A stretch of 64,000 nt of DNA, taken from NCBI GenBank assembly GCA_009914755.4, contig CP068257.2, positions 25,664,001-25,728,000 of the forward strand. Direction: 5' to 3'. Below are positions 13,084 through 27,614 of the stretch, piece by piece (within the stretch, counting starts at the first letter, position 1; the number at the start of each line of letters is the position of its first letter). The notes below the pieces were generated by a model. That model was not told the origin of the DNA and ran no database searches. It worked only from the letters and a program-made list of their open reading frames with translations. A program made the position numbers and the translations under genes. The stretch is from the human T2T-CHM13v2.0 reference genome, Homo sapiens.

Positions 13084-14897
13084 AGTTATCCTGGTAAAAG
13101 GCTGGAGGCCACCTTGGGAGAAAGACTCACTGCATTAATTGTTGGTAATGTAGTGGGGTCCTTCCATAAGGAGGCCAGCCTCCCCTTCACTCAGGCCGTT
13201 CTGGGTCTGTAAACTGGCTCAAGTCTGGAAATTGATTGAGGGCTGGGATTCTCTTTTTGTAATTCAAATTAGTGTTTTGTCCACTCGATCTAGAAGTTTT
13301 CTGCTTGTATCAATTAGGTAGGAATGCAGTAGGTTTCATATCAATTTCACTTCTAGGAACACTGTGATTAATTAGTCAATGCCAGAGCTCTATATGAATC
13401 AGATTATTCTGATTGCTGCTTTGCCTCTGCTGTCCATTACAGTAGCTACACCCACCTTGCCTTTGATGGTTGAGTACTGACACTTGGCCCCTGCCACCTC
13501 GGGATCCAATTATTCACACTGTATTTAAATTTTGTAGTGAGTGACTGCAGTGCCCACCATTAGATCTGACCTACAGAGAAGAGAAATTATAGGGCTCCTC
13601 AAAGATGCAGGTGCTGCCCTCACTACTCTATTTTGCAAGGCATTGGTCAAGGTTATATCTTTTGGACCCTCTGAGCTGGGATGAGTAGGTCTAAATTGAC
13701 TGATCTACTCCACCATCCCAATCTCCCTAAGCTTTTGGATCCCCTCCCTCTATATTAAAACAAGGGAGATCAGGCATTTCCAGCTTGCTCACAGTGGGCC
13801 ATCTTTTAATCCATATTTCAGCTAACCAAGCCAATAAACTATTAGAACCTTTTTAACTCCCCAAGCTGCAACATTGAAAGCAGAGTCCCTACTTGGTGGG
13901 CCCAAATAAATGAATTCAGCCTTATCCAACTCTATGTTCCTTCCACCATTATCCCATACCCTTAATATCTACCCTCATGCCTGTTCTCCAGATTTCTGTT
14001 TATATAATTAAAGAAATCAAACAGTTCTTTTTGAGTGTAGCACACCTCCTCATGGGTCACACTCTCAACCTCACCTCTAGGGGCCTGCTGGGACTGTAGT
14101 TATAGGTCTAGAAGAAAACAGGGGTGTTGGGAGTGGCTCCTGAAGAGAATCAACATTTTGCCTGGCAACTGCCTCAGGGGAGGCCATCACTGTTCCCTCG
14201 GGCAGCGTAGGGTTTATCTCCTCAGACAAAGGTGGAAAGGATGATGGCAGCGTGGGTTGGGGAGGGGATGTTGCCACTACTAGAGATGGGGAAGCTGTTT
14301 CTTTTCACAAAAAAGGTTCATCAGGATTTACAAACTCAGTGGCCCCAGCTTCATCAGGGTCCTCCCACACATCCCCATTCCAAGTTTCGGGGTCCCATTC
14401 TTTTTCAGTCAATACCCTCTAGACACTTTAACAGTAGACACCTGGCGAGGTTGTGCATGAGTCTTTCATTGCAGTTCAGCCACTCTCATTCTAAGAACTT
14501 GTGTCTGTTTTCCCACAATTTCAGCTCTTTCTCTACAGGAGATAGAAGCTCTGAGTTCATCATTTTCTTTCATCACTTTGTCCACTGAACTTAGGAGCAA
14601 ACCATCAGCTTCATTATGTTCCTTGATTCTCCATATATGGTCAAAGGTATTATGCATAAAATCACTAAACTCCTTGCCTCTCACGAGCAGTGAATCAGGA
14701 GTATCAAATGCATTTATTTTGCATAGCTCTCTAAACAGTTCATGCCAAAGACTATCAGTGTTTTCCATACTATTAGTAGAGTCCTTAGCATTTTTCTGTC
14801 TAATCATATTAAGCAGCCACCTCCAGAAACCCAAAAACCAATGAAAGAACTCCATCCTTAATATTCTGTTCATCTAGAACCACTCCTGGTATCAAAA

Positions 14898-15326
14898 TCT
14901 GTATTAGTCAGGGTTCTCTAAAGGGACAGAATAGGAGATACATAAATGGGAGTTTCTTATCTATTAACTTACACGATCACAAAGTCCCACAATAGGCTGT
15001 CTGCAAGCTGAGGAGTAGAGAGTCAGTCCAAGGCCCAAAACTGAAGAACTTGGAGTCTGATGCCTGAGGGCAGGAAGCTGATCCAGCACGTGAGAAAGAT
15101 GTAGGCTGGGAGGCTAGGCCAGTCTCTCCTTTTCACGTTTTTCTGCCTGCTTTCTATTCGCTGGCAGCTGATTAGATTGTGCCCACCAGATTAAGAGTGG
15201 GTCTGACTTCCCCAACTCACTGTCTCAAATGTTAATCTCTTTTAGCAACACCCTCACAGACACACCCAGGATCAATGCTTTATATCCTTCAATCCAATCA
15301 AGTTGACACTCAGTATTAACCATCAC
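14898..15326 (+). mobile_element. MLT1-type MaLR solo LTR
   Basis: Begins tctgtattagtcagggttctctaaagggacagaataggagatacataaatgggagtttcttatctattaacttacacgatcacaaagtcccacaataggctgtctgcaagctgaggag and ends gatcaatgctttatatccttcaatccaatcaagttgacactcagtattaaccatcacag, matching the MLT1 consensus ends. Confidence 0.7.
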
Positions 15327-16173
15327 AGCATGCATAAGTGCAATGCGAACAACAAACTTTACATTCCAAAAAAATACAATTGAAAAAATATAGGGTCAAT
15401 TTGTATTCAAGCTTAGTAACATAGATTTTCAGTATAATCGTTTTTAAGTTTAATTATTTTAACATTTTAAATTCATGGAAGCGCATTAGGAAATATTTAC
15501 TTGTAAATGTAGGTTTTATTTATTTATTTTCCCTATTCATTTCTCAGAGGACCTGAAATAATTGTACTTTCATTCTAACTGCTGCCTTTCTTGCTAATGT
15601 TTAACTTTAAATGTAATCAATCATTTAGCCTAATCTTAAAAATATTTTTTATAAAAGTAATACATATTCATTGTAGAAAATGCATTTCTTTTATAAAACC
15701 ACATATTCCAGAAGGAGGAAACTAAAGCGAGATACAGCCGAAGTTGAAATGTTTGTGTTGCTAAAATCTTCTCTTAGTCAGACTTCATTGAACAAGCCAA
15801 ACAATTAACTTTTGTTTGAGGGTTTGCAATTAACAATAAGACCCTTCGAAAGTACTATGTCAACATTATTTCAGACAAAAGACCTCTTTCAATATTTCAC
15901 CTGACACAGTTTTACATTAATTCCACTTAGCAAATGTTGGTTGAGTATTGCCTATAAGCTTGGCACTCACTGATTTATCTAAAGTAATATTATTTTTCTC
16001 TATTGACTCATCTAAATTCCAATCTTTGTAAAATATGCTCATTGTAATTATTTAATTGGTTTTTACCTTCAAGGTAAATGTAAATTGTATCTTGAAAGAA
16101 TTCATTAAAAATGAAAATATGGCATATTATATTTGTTCCTCATATATTTTATAAACATATAATTATCTATCAT

Positions 16174-16226
16174 CTATCTTATCTATCTATCTATCTATCA
16201 TCTATCTATCCACCTACCTATCTATC
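16174..16226. repeat. (TATC)n / (GATA)n tetranucleotide microsatellite
   Basis: tctatcatctatcttatctatctatctatctatcatctatctatccacctacctatctatcc. Confidence 0.9.
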
Positions 16227-17424
16227 CTGATTATGCATCCCAATTTAGAGTTTCATAGACCTTCTCTCAAAGAGAAGGCATTCTGTCAATAAAATGAAAT
16301 CATGTAGGTGTCTTCTATTTTACATAATAGTTGATTCAAAATGGGCAAAATTGTATTAACTACAGTAGCTACTGGAAACTTCATTTAATACAAAGGCTAG
16401 ACCAAAAAAAAAAAAAGCCATGCCCAGTGATCTGAATACCTTACATATTAGAAAAAGGGCACAGTCTACAAAGGAAAACGTTCTAAAAATCCTTGGAGAA
16501 ATTGAAATTCATGGGAAATATAAACCAAAGGCTTTTGAAATTAGAAAATTCATCTTTGTTTAAATACATCTAATAATGCATTATGGGCTGTAAATACATT
16601 TCCAAAACTTATAAAGACTAGAGGATAACATTCCATTCTAGTAAGTTGTCTTCAATGGAGGAAGTGTATAAGTGATGCCAAATCCTCAGTTACCAATAAT
16701 ATTCTTTCAAGCAGCTGACCTACTTTCCTTAGGGCAAGGCTCTAGTTTTCCCAAATGATTGTCATTTGGATTTCAGAATAAAATAATTTATCCCTTCTGT
16801 TCATAGTTAGAAACAGAACTGAGAACACAATGGATATTTTTTCTTTTCAGACAATGGGTATTTTTTTCGTTTGCAAATCTGCATTTATAAAACAATGGTG
16901 TGGTAGAAAGTCAAACACCAAATTAACGAGGAAAAGTTTAGAAACGTTTTGTTACATTTTACATATTTCAACGTCTCAAAAGTGGCATCACGATAATGCA
17001 ATAGCTTGTCTAAAAAATGAAAAAAATAAATAAATGTTATATTTTGTATATAATGCTAGAAAATTTGAACAGTTCTAGAAGATGCACAAAATGGTGATCT
17101 TGAGGAAATTACACATGGAGTTTTTTAAGGATTCGATTCCCATATTAAAGCCAATACCATCATGTGAGGTCCCATATTTAAAGTTTAATTTCTCTGTGAT
17201 TATTTACATAAGAATAGCTCCATTTTTCAAAACTTTCCTTTCATTAGGAACAGAAACAAATGTCCTCTAGGAATGAATGAAATATTTTTCTCTACTATTG
17301 CTGTTGTTTTTAAAGTTGAAAATTTACCTATTTATTAAAGTCATTCCATAACCTTATCCAACCCCAAATCTGTACATTTCACACTTTGTAGAATAATGAG
17401 TTGAAAAGAAACCCAGTGGATTTA

Positions 17425-17459
17425 TGTATGTGTGTGTGTGTGTACATATATATATATAC
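17425..17459. repeat. (TG)n(TA)n dinucleotide microsatellite
   Basis: tgtatgtgtgtgtgtgtgtacatatatatatatac. Confidence 0.9.
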
Positions 17460-18494
17460 ATTTTTTATTATGTGGGTTCTGGCAAATATTTTAGGGCTAA
17501 TTTTTTAGCTGATAAATTTTAGTACTATAGCAATATTTGGTTATGTCAAATTATGTGAAATTGTGTAGTGATTTCTAGGAATAAAATATTCTGAAAATAG
17601 CAGTTGTGAAGGGAAGTCTAGGTTAGCCTCAACTTACTGAAAGTGAAATCTTTTGAATATTCAAATGAAAAAAGTAAGAGTAATGGGAATGAAAAATAAT
17701 CAGGACACACAATAATGAAAAAATGAAATAAAAAAATTGTGGAAATAGTAAATATAAGACAGAAAATAAAATCTAAAGAAATTTTATTTAACTGGGCTAC
17801 TGTTGGTAGCACCAGGTATAAACAACCTTTACTTCAAGCTTCAGATATGTTTCAACTCTCATTCTTGTTGAAGGTTGATTCTATGACCTAAAATGTCATC
17901 ATAAGAAGAATTTGTCTTTTATCTCGCTTTACCAAGCACTCATTATCAAGGGGGGACCAATTAATAACTATTCTAGCAACCTGCAACAACAAATATGACA
18001 TTGCTACGTTTTCGCCATGAATCTCATTTAGATTTTTTTGAAGATATTTTTCTAGTACTTTGTGTTGAGTTGTAACTCCACGAATTAGCCAAAAGTATAA
18101 TTATGTCATGGGCAATAATTGCATGACTGACTGAAGTCTTAGGGATACAGTTATTCTTGCAGATCATAATTCCCTAAAAGAGAAAGTTTGTTCTAAAGTT
18201 GCATTTCTAGAATTCCGTTTGGCAGCAATACTATATTACTGTTGTTTAACTTGGGAGCCAAAAACCTTAGAACTGAGGGGATGATTCTTTTAAAAGCATA
18301 GCTGGAAGTTTAATAGTAAATACATTAAACAATTTCTGCTTATTTTCTCTAAGTGTTTGACATAGTGAGGTCATTTGAAATCCAATTTAATAGAATCTTC
18401 ACAGAATATTGGGAAATTAGTACTATCTTGACTCAACACTGACTGCCCTTGCATTAGTAACTGATATAACATTGACCTTAAACATAGCTCTTGA

Positions 18495-18866
<372 letters not shown>

Positions 18867-21800
18867 TCCACTGTACTTATTATACTCAGAGGATGCTATT
18901 CAGACATGCTAATGAAAATTTATTTTATATTTAAAAACTAATGTTTTCATATAACACAGCCATGAATATCATTCAGAAAAACAAATTGACAGGATTAACA
19001 AATGCAGAAAGCAAATGCAGAAAGCAGCAGCAAGAAGGCAAATGAAGGCATGCAGAGAAAAAGAGACTTATGAAAGCTTTCCTGTCTAGTTCTTTGATAA
19101 GAACTTAACATCAGTGAGAAAATTGAAAAGCCCAGTCTTTGGCAAAAAGATTAAAACAGGCCTTGGCACTATTTGTAAGCAATTTAGATTATCAGAGGAA
19201 AGACAATTCTTTGAAATAATATATAATGAGAGACACTGATGCTTCTTTACAGCTTCATAGCAGATCAACAAAAATCATGAATGCCAATCATGGCTATTTC
19301 TCAATGTAATGTTTTGTCAGTAATTCCTTCAGACAGGTGTTATCCATGAAAATGAAGTGTATAATTTAAATTTTTCTAAATGCCACATTAAAAATGTAAA
19401 AAAGAAACAAGTAAAATTAATTTTAAGAAACGTATTTTTGTTTACTCAATATGTCCAAAAATTTTCATTTCAATTTGTAATCAATAAATTATTAATGATA
19501 TATTACACATTCCTTTTTGATTATATGTCTGCATAATATGTTATGCATTATGCTTGCAACCCATCTCGATCTGAAACAGTAGCATTCCAAGTGTTTGATA
19601 GCCACTGCCTAGAAGTTACTATATCAGTCAGCATGGCGATGGACATTGAATACAATGTTTTTCAAAGATAATTTAATTTGAACTAATAAAAAATAAAGTA
19701 AGAACTTCTGAAAATATTTAGAATAGCTTGGATAGGAAAGCCAAATTAGTGCAAATAAGATTAAGGGGTCAAATGAAAAGGGGAGAAAGGAAGAGAGGTT
19801 TAACTTAACTGCAAAGCAGAATTTTGGAGAATTGCAGCTAATGACAACAAATTGTTCTCATAAATTATGACACTATATAGCTATGTGGTTATGATGATGA
19901 CAACTTTAGAATAATATGTAAAGAGCTGTTCTTCATTTTATTTCCACAAATAATAACTGAACATCTATTATAGGCTTGGTCATGACAATATGATGGTGAA
20001 TAAGCAGTGGTTCTTCCCTTCGGGGACATAAAGTCAAATAGGGAGTGATGGCATTTTCCATTTTTGTGACAGATTAAACTTATTTGGTAAACAAATGGAA
20101 GACCTAGCAAGGCAAATCTAGTGGAAATTAAGAAGAGCAAAGTTTGTTAAGCACATCTGTATCACAAACAGAATTGTTCAGAAAACAACTCAGTAGCCCT
20201 GACATTATATAAAAATCCTCTTTGGTTGGACTATTAAGGGACCCTGTGTAACCGCATATAGAAAAGGACATCAAAGAGATTCCTGAGTTGTGTTGGAAGG
20301 CGTTTTGCATGATACCTAAAATTCTTTCCAGCCATATAGTAGTATGATTATATAATTATTGTGAGAAATATCTTATTTGAATTATTTTTATACTGTGATG
20401 ATTATTTCAAATTATTTGAATGAAATTAAATATACATAGAACTCACGAATCATTTGATTTATCAAGTACCCTCAGGTATTATTTTGACATCAAGAATTTA
20501 ACAACACATTAATAATGCTTGTTAATAGAAAGTTTAGAAAACCTTTTGCTTTCTTTAAAGCACTTTTCACCGTGATTCCATCCTTTGGAATGACTGTTTC
20601 TCCTCCAAATCAACATCTTATTATTTTTATATCAATCCCAAGTTAAGTCAAGAGAATGAGAGGAATAAGAAAATGCCATTGCTTTTAAACCAAAGGGCAA
20701 TATGACAAAAAAGAGGAATTTTTAAATTATTTGCAAAGTAAAAATTCTAAATGTCTTTTTACTGCTTTGTTTAAGATATTGTTTAAACTCAAACAATGAG
20801 ACATTTGATACTTTACTGTCTATTCAGCCGTGTGTCTGTAAACATTTACACAAATTTACATCAATTTCTATTTGTTCTATGAGAACATGAATCCCATTAA
20901 AATGGCTAATGTATAGATGGAAACTTCCATTGCTACTATTCTTCAGGTTTTTCTTATTGAAAAGTGATTTGCGTTTCCTTTTTGTTATATAAAACTTTGT
21001 ATTTTGCTGGTTAGCCTTAAAATGATTCCCTAATCGAATATCTCTTCTTTCAAATTTCGGTGTTTTTAAGAATATATAAAATGAGTCTAGTAATAGATCT
21101 AATGGAAGATACTGAGCATTTAAAAGTTAAACTGTTTACATAATAGTAATCATTTGCTTATGTAAACAGGAAAAGAACGTGGTTAACTGCCTGCACACAG
21201 CAGGAAATGCAAACATGAAGACTCAGTTCTGTCTTAGAACTGATGGAGTGAATTAAATGTGTACAATGCAGAGGTGTTCATTGCAAAGCAGTAACGTCAG
21301 TTATTTCAATACAAGAGACATAAAAATCATAAACAACAAACATTAAGCATGCTATGAAACTGAAAATCTTTAAAGAAACATCATTGAGCAATGGTGTTGT
21401 CTTGTCTATTATAGTTATGTGGACTGAGCTAAATATTCACATGACACTGAAATAATAAGAACGGGAACAAAAGCATTTAGAGGGTTATAATCTAATATAC
21501 GGTGTCACAAATCAAATCCTTTACAAACCACTGGGAGACAATATTTCTGTAGTGTTTTTGTTCCATTTGTACGTGAAGAAGTTAGTGTGTCTTTTGTTGT
21601 TTTTGTTTGCTCAATCACGTTTTTCAGCAATCAAAGTAAAATTTGCAAATACCTAAAAATAATGGCTTCTTTTATAAAGCAATATTGTAATTAAGTAAAT
21701 GTGAAAATATAAATCAATTTTTAAAACAAATATGAGAAGATACGTTCATTTTCAGATTAGCACACACACACACCTATAAAAAATAAAGTAAAATATGCCT

Positions 21801-22084
21801 GTAAAAGTACCAATCTTGGTTTTTCTAAATATTTCAACAATTTCTAAAATAAATATTAAACTTTTACTCTATTAACAAGACATTTGTATATTTCTCATTT
21901 TGGAAATATATTTTAGTAAAACTTATTTTGAAGTAAGCATAGGTAGTCTACTACTTTCTAGTGCCACTAGTGATCCTCATTCTAGTTTTCTGCCCACAGC
22001 CATATCCTGTTCTGTTGTTGGATTTCATTCTTATACTGGTTGCCTCATTATAAGATAATTACCTTGCCTCAACATCATGTTTGA

Positions 22085-22700
22085 GCTCTGTCATGGTTTG
22101 AATTGTGTCGCCCCCCAAAAAGATATTGGAATTTCCTGTTTTAGTTCTTTTGGACCGTTATAACAAAATGTCATAAACTAGATAGCTTATAAACAATAAA
22201 ATTTATTTCTCACACTTCTGGAGGCTGGGGATGATCTAATCATTACCCCAAAGGCCCCACCTCCTAATACCATCACCTTGGATTTAGGATTTTGACATAT
22301 GAATTTTGGGGGAACACAAACATTGAGACCACAGTACTCTCAGTGCTTCAGAATGTCACCATTTGGAGATAGGGTTTTACAAATTAAGGACTAACCCAAT
22401 ATGACTGATGTCCTTATTAAAAAGGGACAATTTGGACACAGAGACAGAACACATAGAGGCAACACGATGTGAAGAGGCACAGGGAGAAAATTGCCATCTA
22501 CAAGTCTGCACCATATCCTTCCCTCACAGCCTTCAGAAGGAAACAAGTCTGTGGACACCTTGATGCTGGACTTAGAGGCCTCCAGAACTGTGAGACAGTA
22601 AAATTATACTCTTCAAGCCAATTCAAGCCAATCTCTCTGATGATTTCTGCTCAGGTCTCTTTGTCCGGAATAAGTTTGTATAATCACCCCAAGATGCTAA
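22085..22700 (+). mobile_element. MaLR-type solo LTR (MST/MLT1-like), diverged
   Basis: tgtcatggtttgaattgtgtcgccccccaaaaagatattgg...aaggccccacctcctaataccatcaccttggatttaggattttgacatatgaattttgggggaacacaaacattgagaccacag...ccaatatgactgatgtccttattaaaaagggacaatttggacacagagacag...gacaccttgatgctggacttagaggcctccagaactgtgagacagtaaaattatactcttcaagccaat. These are the hallmark MaLR LTR blocks. Subfamily not resolved. Confidence 0.6.
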
Positions 22701-24804
22701 TAAAGGTGTGGTGGTGATGGGAGACAAGAAAAGATAGCCCATTCTTATTTTTGCCTTTTAAAATTTCAGTACTGGGACATTTCTTCCTTGAAAAAATAAA
22801 CTTTTTTGTTGACCCATACAAAATGGAATGATAGCAGTGCCCACCGTAACAGAGACTTCATTTATTTCACCACTTGTACACATTTTCACTTCATGTAGAC
22901 ATCTGATTGTTCTATGAGAGATTCTATGATTGTTCTATGAGACCCAGCTATATTTATGAAGATGAATATTATTTAAACAGATAGATAAGATTAAAAGAGA
23001 AGATAGACTGGGAAAAGGATACATTTAGTATAGATTTCGGGGAGTTTGAAGCAAGGCAACTATGATATAATTCTAGATGTATTATTTACATTTTATAACT
23101 TTTTCTTTCCAACCATTCTCCACACTTCATCTCACAGGTTTTTAAAAAACTAATCTATTTACTAAATAGTATGCCACTGATAATCTGGAAACATCCAATA
23201 CCAAGTATTTTTGATTATAAACGTATTCTTGTCTTTAATAAAATAAATGATAAAATGACAATAGGGATTGAGTTTGGCACTGTAAATTTTTGTAATTGCT
23301 TGATTCCTGCTAATATTAATGAAATAATCTAATGCTTCAAAATTCACTTATTGAATAGTCATTTCAGTGCTGGTATTATCCTTGATTGAAAAAGACACTA
23401 TTATCCAAAGTCTTTAAACAGATATTTACTAAAGAAAATATTCCTTGTGATGAGTCTAAACATTGTCAGAGGATAAATTTTCTATGTGAAACACTAGTAA
23501 TATTTTGTATATTAAGGTATTTTTAAGCTTGGAGTTGCTTATGAATGCTGTTACCTGTTTTACTCATATTGTAGGGATGTCTTACTGTTCTCTGGTCTCC
23601 TCATTCATATTATAAAGTTGTAGCTGGAAAGTAGGTGCCAAACTAGTCATTATATTGTCTGTCTTCCCCACCCCTAACAGCCCCCTTTATTGCTATATGT
23701 AGAAGCTACTGGACCTGACTGAATGCAAGTACAAGTGGTATGTGCCAGTTTAGGACCAAAGCTTTCAATAAGTGGGTGTGCTCCTTTCTGAACTGGGTGC
23801 TTCAACTTCTGCTGTCTGATTGTTGAAGACAGTGAGGCCCAATGGGATGGTGGAACAAGAGAGTGAAAGGAGCCTAGGTACATGAATGGCAGCATGCCTG
23901 AAAGCAAATCCCTCAACTGGAAGACTTTGCCCAAGATTAAAATATTAATGGGATCAAAACTTCCATTGCTTCCACCTCTATCTCTTTGGATCTGTTTTTA
24001 AAGCAGTTAGCCTACTCAACCAATGAGGCTTTGTTTTTTTTTTTAATCACCATTCTTATAAAAACCTTTAAATGATGAATTCGATGTTTTCTAGATTGCA
24101 ATTTCCAAAACAGCAGGGTTGGTGTGTAATTTGTGCACTTTTGGGAACGTACAGTGCTTGTCACTTTGTAAATGCTTAATAGATGTGTGATGAAAGAAAA
24201 AAGAAAACATTCTAGAATACACTGAAAAAGTTATGTTTAGTTTTGTCTGACTCACGAGTAAACATATGGCTCTTATGTTTTTAGCAAATATCAAGTTTTG
24301 AATTTCAACCCAAGTAAAATGTTTCTCCCGTGGCTCCCTGACAGAACATTCCCAGCTGTTTCAATGCAGAGCTCTGACAGCTTCTAGAGCAAGAGTCAAT
24401 ATTAGTTAATGGTCCAGCTGCAATTGCGACTATTTTATTTCATCACAATGACAACTTAGATTCCTTCTCCTACTATTTCCTTTGAGATTAGTGCTGCTGA
24501 ACTTTAGTATTCACAGCTACTCACAGAGCTGTGACTATAAACCCTTTCGAGTTATTCATTATTAGTTCCTACACAACATGTTCTAATTAACTCATAATAA
24601 ATCCTCCAAAATACTGCATATGTTACATTTTTCATTAGGATCTAATTGGAAGGAAGCTGCATCACTTTCCTTCTGTTAGTAAGCCATCTTTCTTTACATT
24701 GCATGATGCATTTTAGTTTGACATGACGATTATTCCATTCCATCAATGACCCAGATTACGTTCTTCCTTCCGTAACAGAATGTATTGTAAAATAATGAAA
24801 CTGA

Positions 24805-25262
<458 letters not shown>

Positions 25263-25444
25263 TTAACAGACTTCTTAATAGACCCTTAATATTAAGAAAA
25301 ACTTAATAGAGCCTCTTTAGATTTGTTATTAGAATACTGAATTCATTGGAAGAAATTCTAGCATTGTTCTTTTGATTGTGTGTTTTCTGGAAAGAACTTT
25401 ACTTCCACAGTAGTTAAAATAACATACAGATGAAGAATATATAT

Positions 25445-25500
25445 GCTTGTTAATCTTATGTGTTGTGTATGTGTGTGTTGTGTGTGTGTTTGGTTCTTTT
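25445..25500. repeat. GT-rich imperfect microsatellite
   Basis: tgttaatcttatgtgttgtgtatgtgtgtgttgtgtgtgtgtttggttcttttgtg. Confidence 0.6.
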
Positions 25501-27332
25501 GTGCTGTGATTTGTTTTAAAAGAATTTCAGTACAATCAGAGAATAACAATCTTAGAAGACATATTACAGTTCCCATAATTAAACCTCTCACTGTTGGAGG
25601 TTCTTGCACAGATGTTGTAAAAAATAAAAACAAAAACAAAAAATGAAACATCTTTGTCAGATGAAAAGTGCCATTGCTAGTCTTTCTTCAGTAATGTTAC
25701 TAAATAAATGTCAGGCTTACCTCATTCGTCTATGGTTATTGTCAGACTGACTCATGTTTCTGCTTAAAAATAATAATAAAAATAATAATAATAAAAGCTG
25801 CCATAGTTGTTATGAATGGTTTAGAATAGTGTAGTCACTTTTTAATTTGAAATACAGAAAATAAAGGAGCTTTGAAGCCGTGTTCAGAGTCCTATAAATT
25901 TGTATACTCAAAGATGAGATTATTGGCAGAGGGCATATGTAGGTAGCAGTTAGTATTCCTCAAAATACGTACACCCACATCTCAGAAATATGGGTAAGTT
26001 TAGAAGGTGGTAGAAAATATATTTACATAACTGTTAAAGCTTTCTAAAACAATTTTTAAAGCATTTCAAGTTTTCTAAAAAACAATCTAGCATTTAATCA
26101 TCACTTTAGTTTAAGATGATGTACGTATATAAAATATTTAGTTATTTGAAATGCTTTCCACTGATGTCTTTGATAAACGTTTGATTTAAAGAAATAATAA
26201 TATGGGCAGAGCAAAAACAAAGTGTTTCTCAAATTGTTGTAACAGCTGTATTATTTATAATTGAACTAAACTAGTCAAAGCTCTTACCCTGTCTGGTTGT
26301 GACAACAAATGTTGTGGTCAGTTAAATTTACTTTGAAATTCTTTAGATGGAAACTATTTTATAGATTCCAATTTGTTTGCTTAAAAAATATACATGGCAA
26401 TATCTATGTTCAATTGTACAGCAGAGATTCTAAAACTGTCCAAAGTTGAAAGTTAAATCCTATATGCATATGTATTGTATTTACTCAGCATGATGTTAAA
26501 TTTTAAAGCAGCATCACAAAATGAATAAAATAATTTCATGTGTTCCAAAATAAGTGAAAAGCCAGTGTTTCACCACCACTTCTCTTAATCGCTAGGATTA
26601 TGATATGCGGAATCATTTGAGAGGCAGGGCATGAGATTTTGAGTAATGAAAAACATCTTGAACAAAGGCTTTGAAATGGGGGTGAATCATGGCATTTGGA
26701 TTTGCTATAGTGAGAAAATCTAGGTATAAAGGGATGAGAAGCAAGACTAAAATGACAATAGAGGGATTGCAAAGGAAATAACAGATACTCATATCTAGAA
26801 CACTGACAGAGCTTGGAGCATTTCTGGAAGTAGGGAATTAAAGAGAAATGAAGAATCAAAGACAACAAAAACATAATTTGGACAGGGAAGATTAAAAGTA
26901 TCCCAAAGATTATAGAGACTGTAAAAAGATATTAGCTTAAGCTTTAAGAAAGGAAACCACAGCATGTTGGACATTCTGGGTCTAGCTAATTATAGTTTCT
27001 GAGAAAACATGGTGGAGATAAAAAAAATTGCTCGTCTCTCAAATTCAAGATAAAATATGCACATTTTCTTCAAAATTATAAAAAAAACCCACTATTTTCA
27101 CATGTTATTCATGGAGTCTGGAACATTTTTGAAACAAGTGCATTCGTCAGTCTTTATAACTGTAGAAAAATTATATGGTAAGTATGATTAGGATCAAAAT
27201 AATTACCCTTGCAAATCAAGTAAAAGTAGACAAGCTTTTAATATTATATTTTCAAATAGCCTGAATCTAAAATTTTAATTTTACACAACTGTATTCTCAT
27301 TTAAGAGGATTTAAGGGGAAAAATACAGTCCA

Positions 27333-27614
27333 GGCCAGGTGGCTCACACCTATAATCCTAGCAATTTGGGAGGCTAAGACAGTAGGATCACTACAGCCCA
27401 GGATTTCAAGACTAGCTTGGAAACATAGTGAGACCTCATCTCGTCAAAAACTAAAACATTAGCCAGGCATGGTGGTGTCTGCTTATAGTCCCAGCCACTC
27501 GGGAGGCTGAGGTAAAAGGATCTCTTGAGCCCAGTAAGTTAAAGTTACAGTGAGCTCTGATCCTGCCATTGCAGTCTAGCCTGGGTGACAGTGAGATTTC
27601 GTCTCAAAATAAAA
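27333..27614 (+). mobile_element. Alu SINE, older (AluJ-like), diverged
   Basis: ggccaggtggctcacacctataatcctagcaatttgggaggctaagacagtaggatcactacagcccaggatttcaagactagcttggaaacatagtgagacctcatctc...tagccaggcatggtggtgtctgcttatagtcccagccactcgggaggctgaggtaaaaggatctcttgagcccagt...cctgggtgacagtgagatttcgtctcaaaataaaag. Many substitutions relative to the young consensus. Confidence 0.85.

Larger units (their letters stand above)
11530..14890 (-). mobile_element. Endogenous retrovirus internal region, class II / betaretrovirus-like (HERV-K superfamily): gag remnant, pro and 5' part of pol; no LTRs in this window
   Basis: Minus-strand ORFs with retroviral motifs are adjacent and in gag-pro-pol order. Protease motif LLDTGSELTLIPG. 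RT motifs [27 protein letters not shown] and HYIDGILL (YXDD), resembling HERV-K KWRMLTDLRAVN / IIDLKDCFFTIPL / HYIDDIL. Proline-rich gag-like ORF at 14077-14277. pol ends abruptly at the L1 5' end (~11530). Confidence 0.75.

Noticed and set aside
14466-14873. 135-aa minus-strand ORF at the upstream edge of the ERV fragment, considered as Gag matrix
   Set aside because: It has no myristoylation start, MHR or zinc-knuckle motif that I can see. Its position is compatible with gag, but the sequence gives no positive evidence, so it is included only within the generic ERV internal feature.
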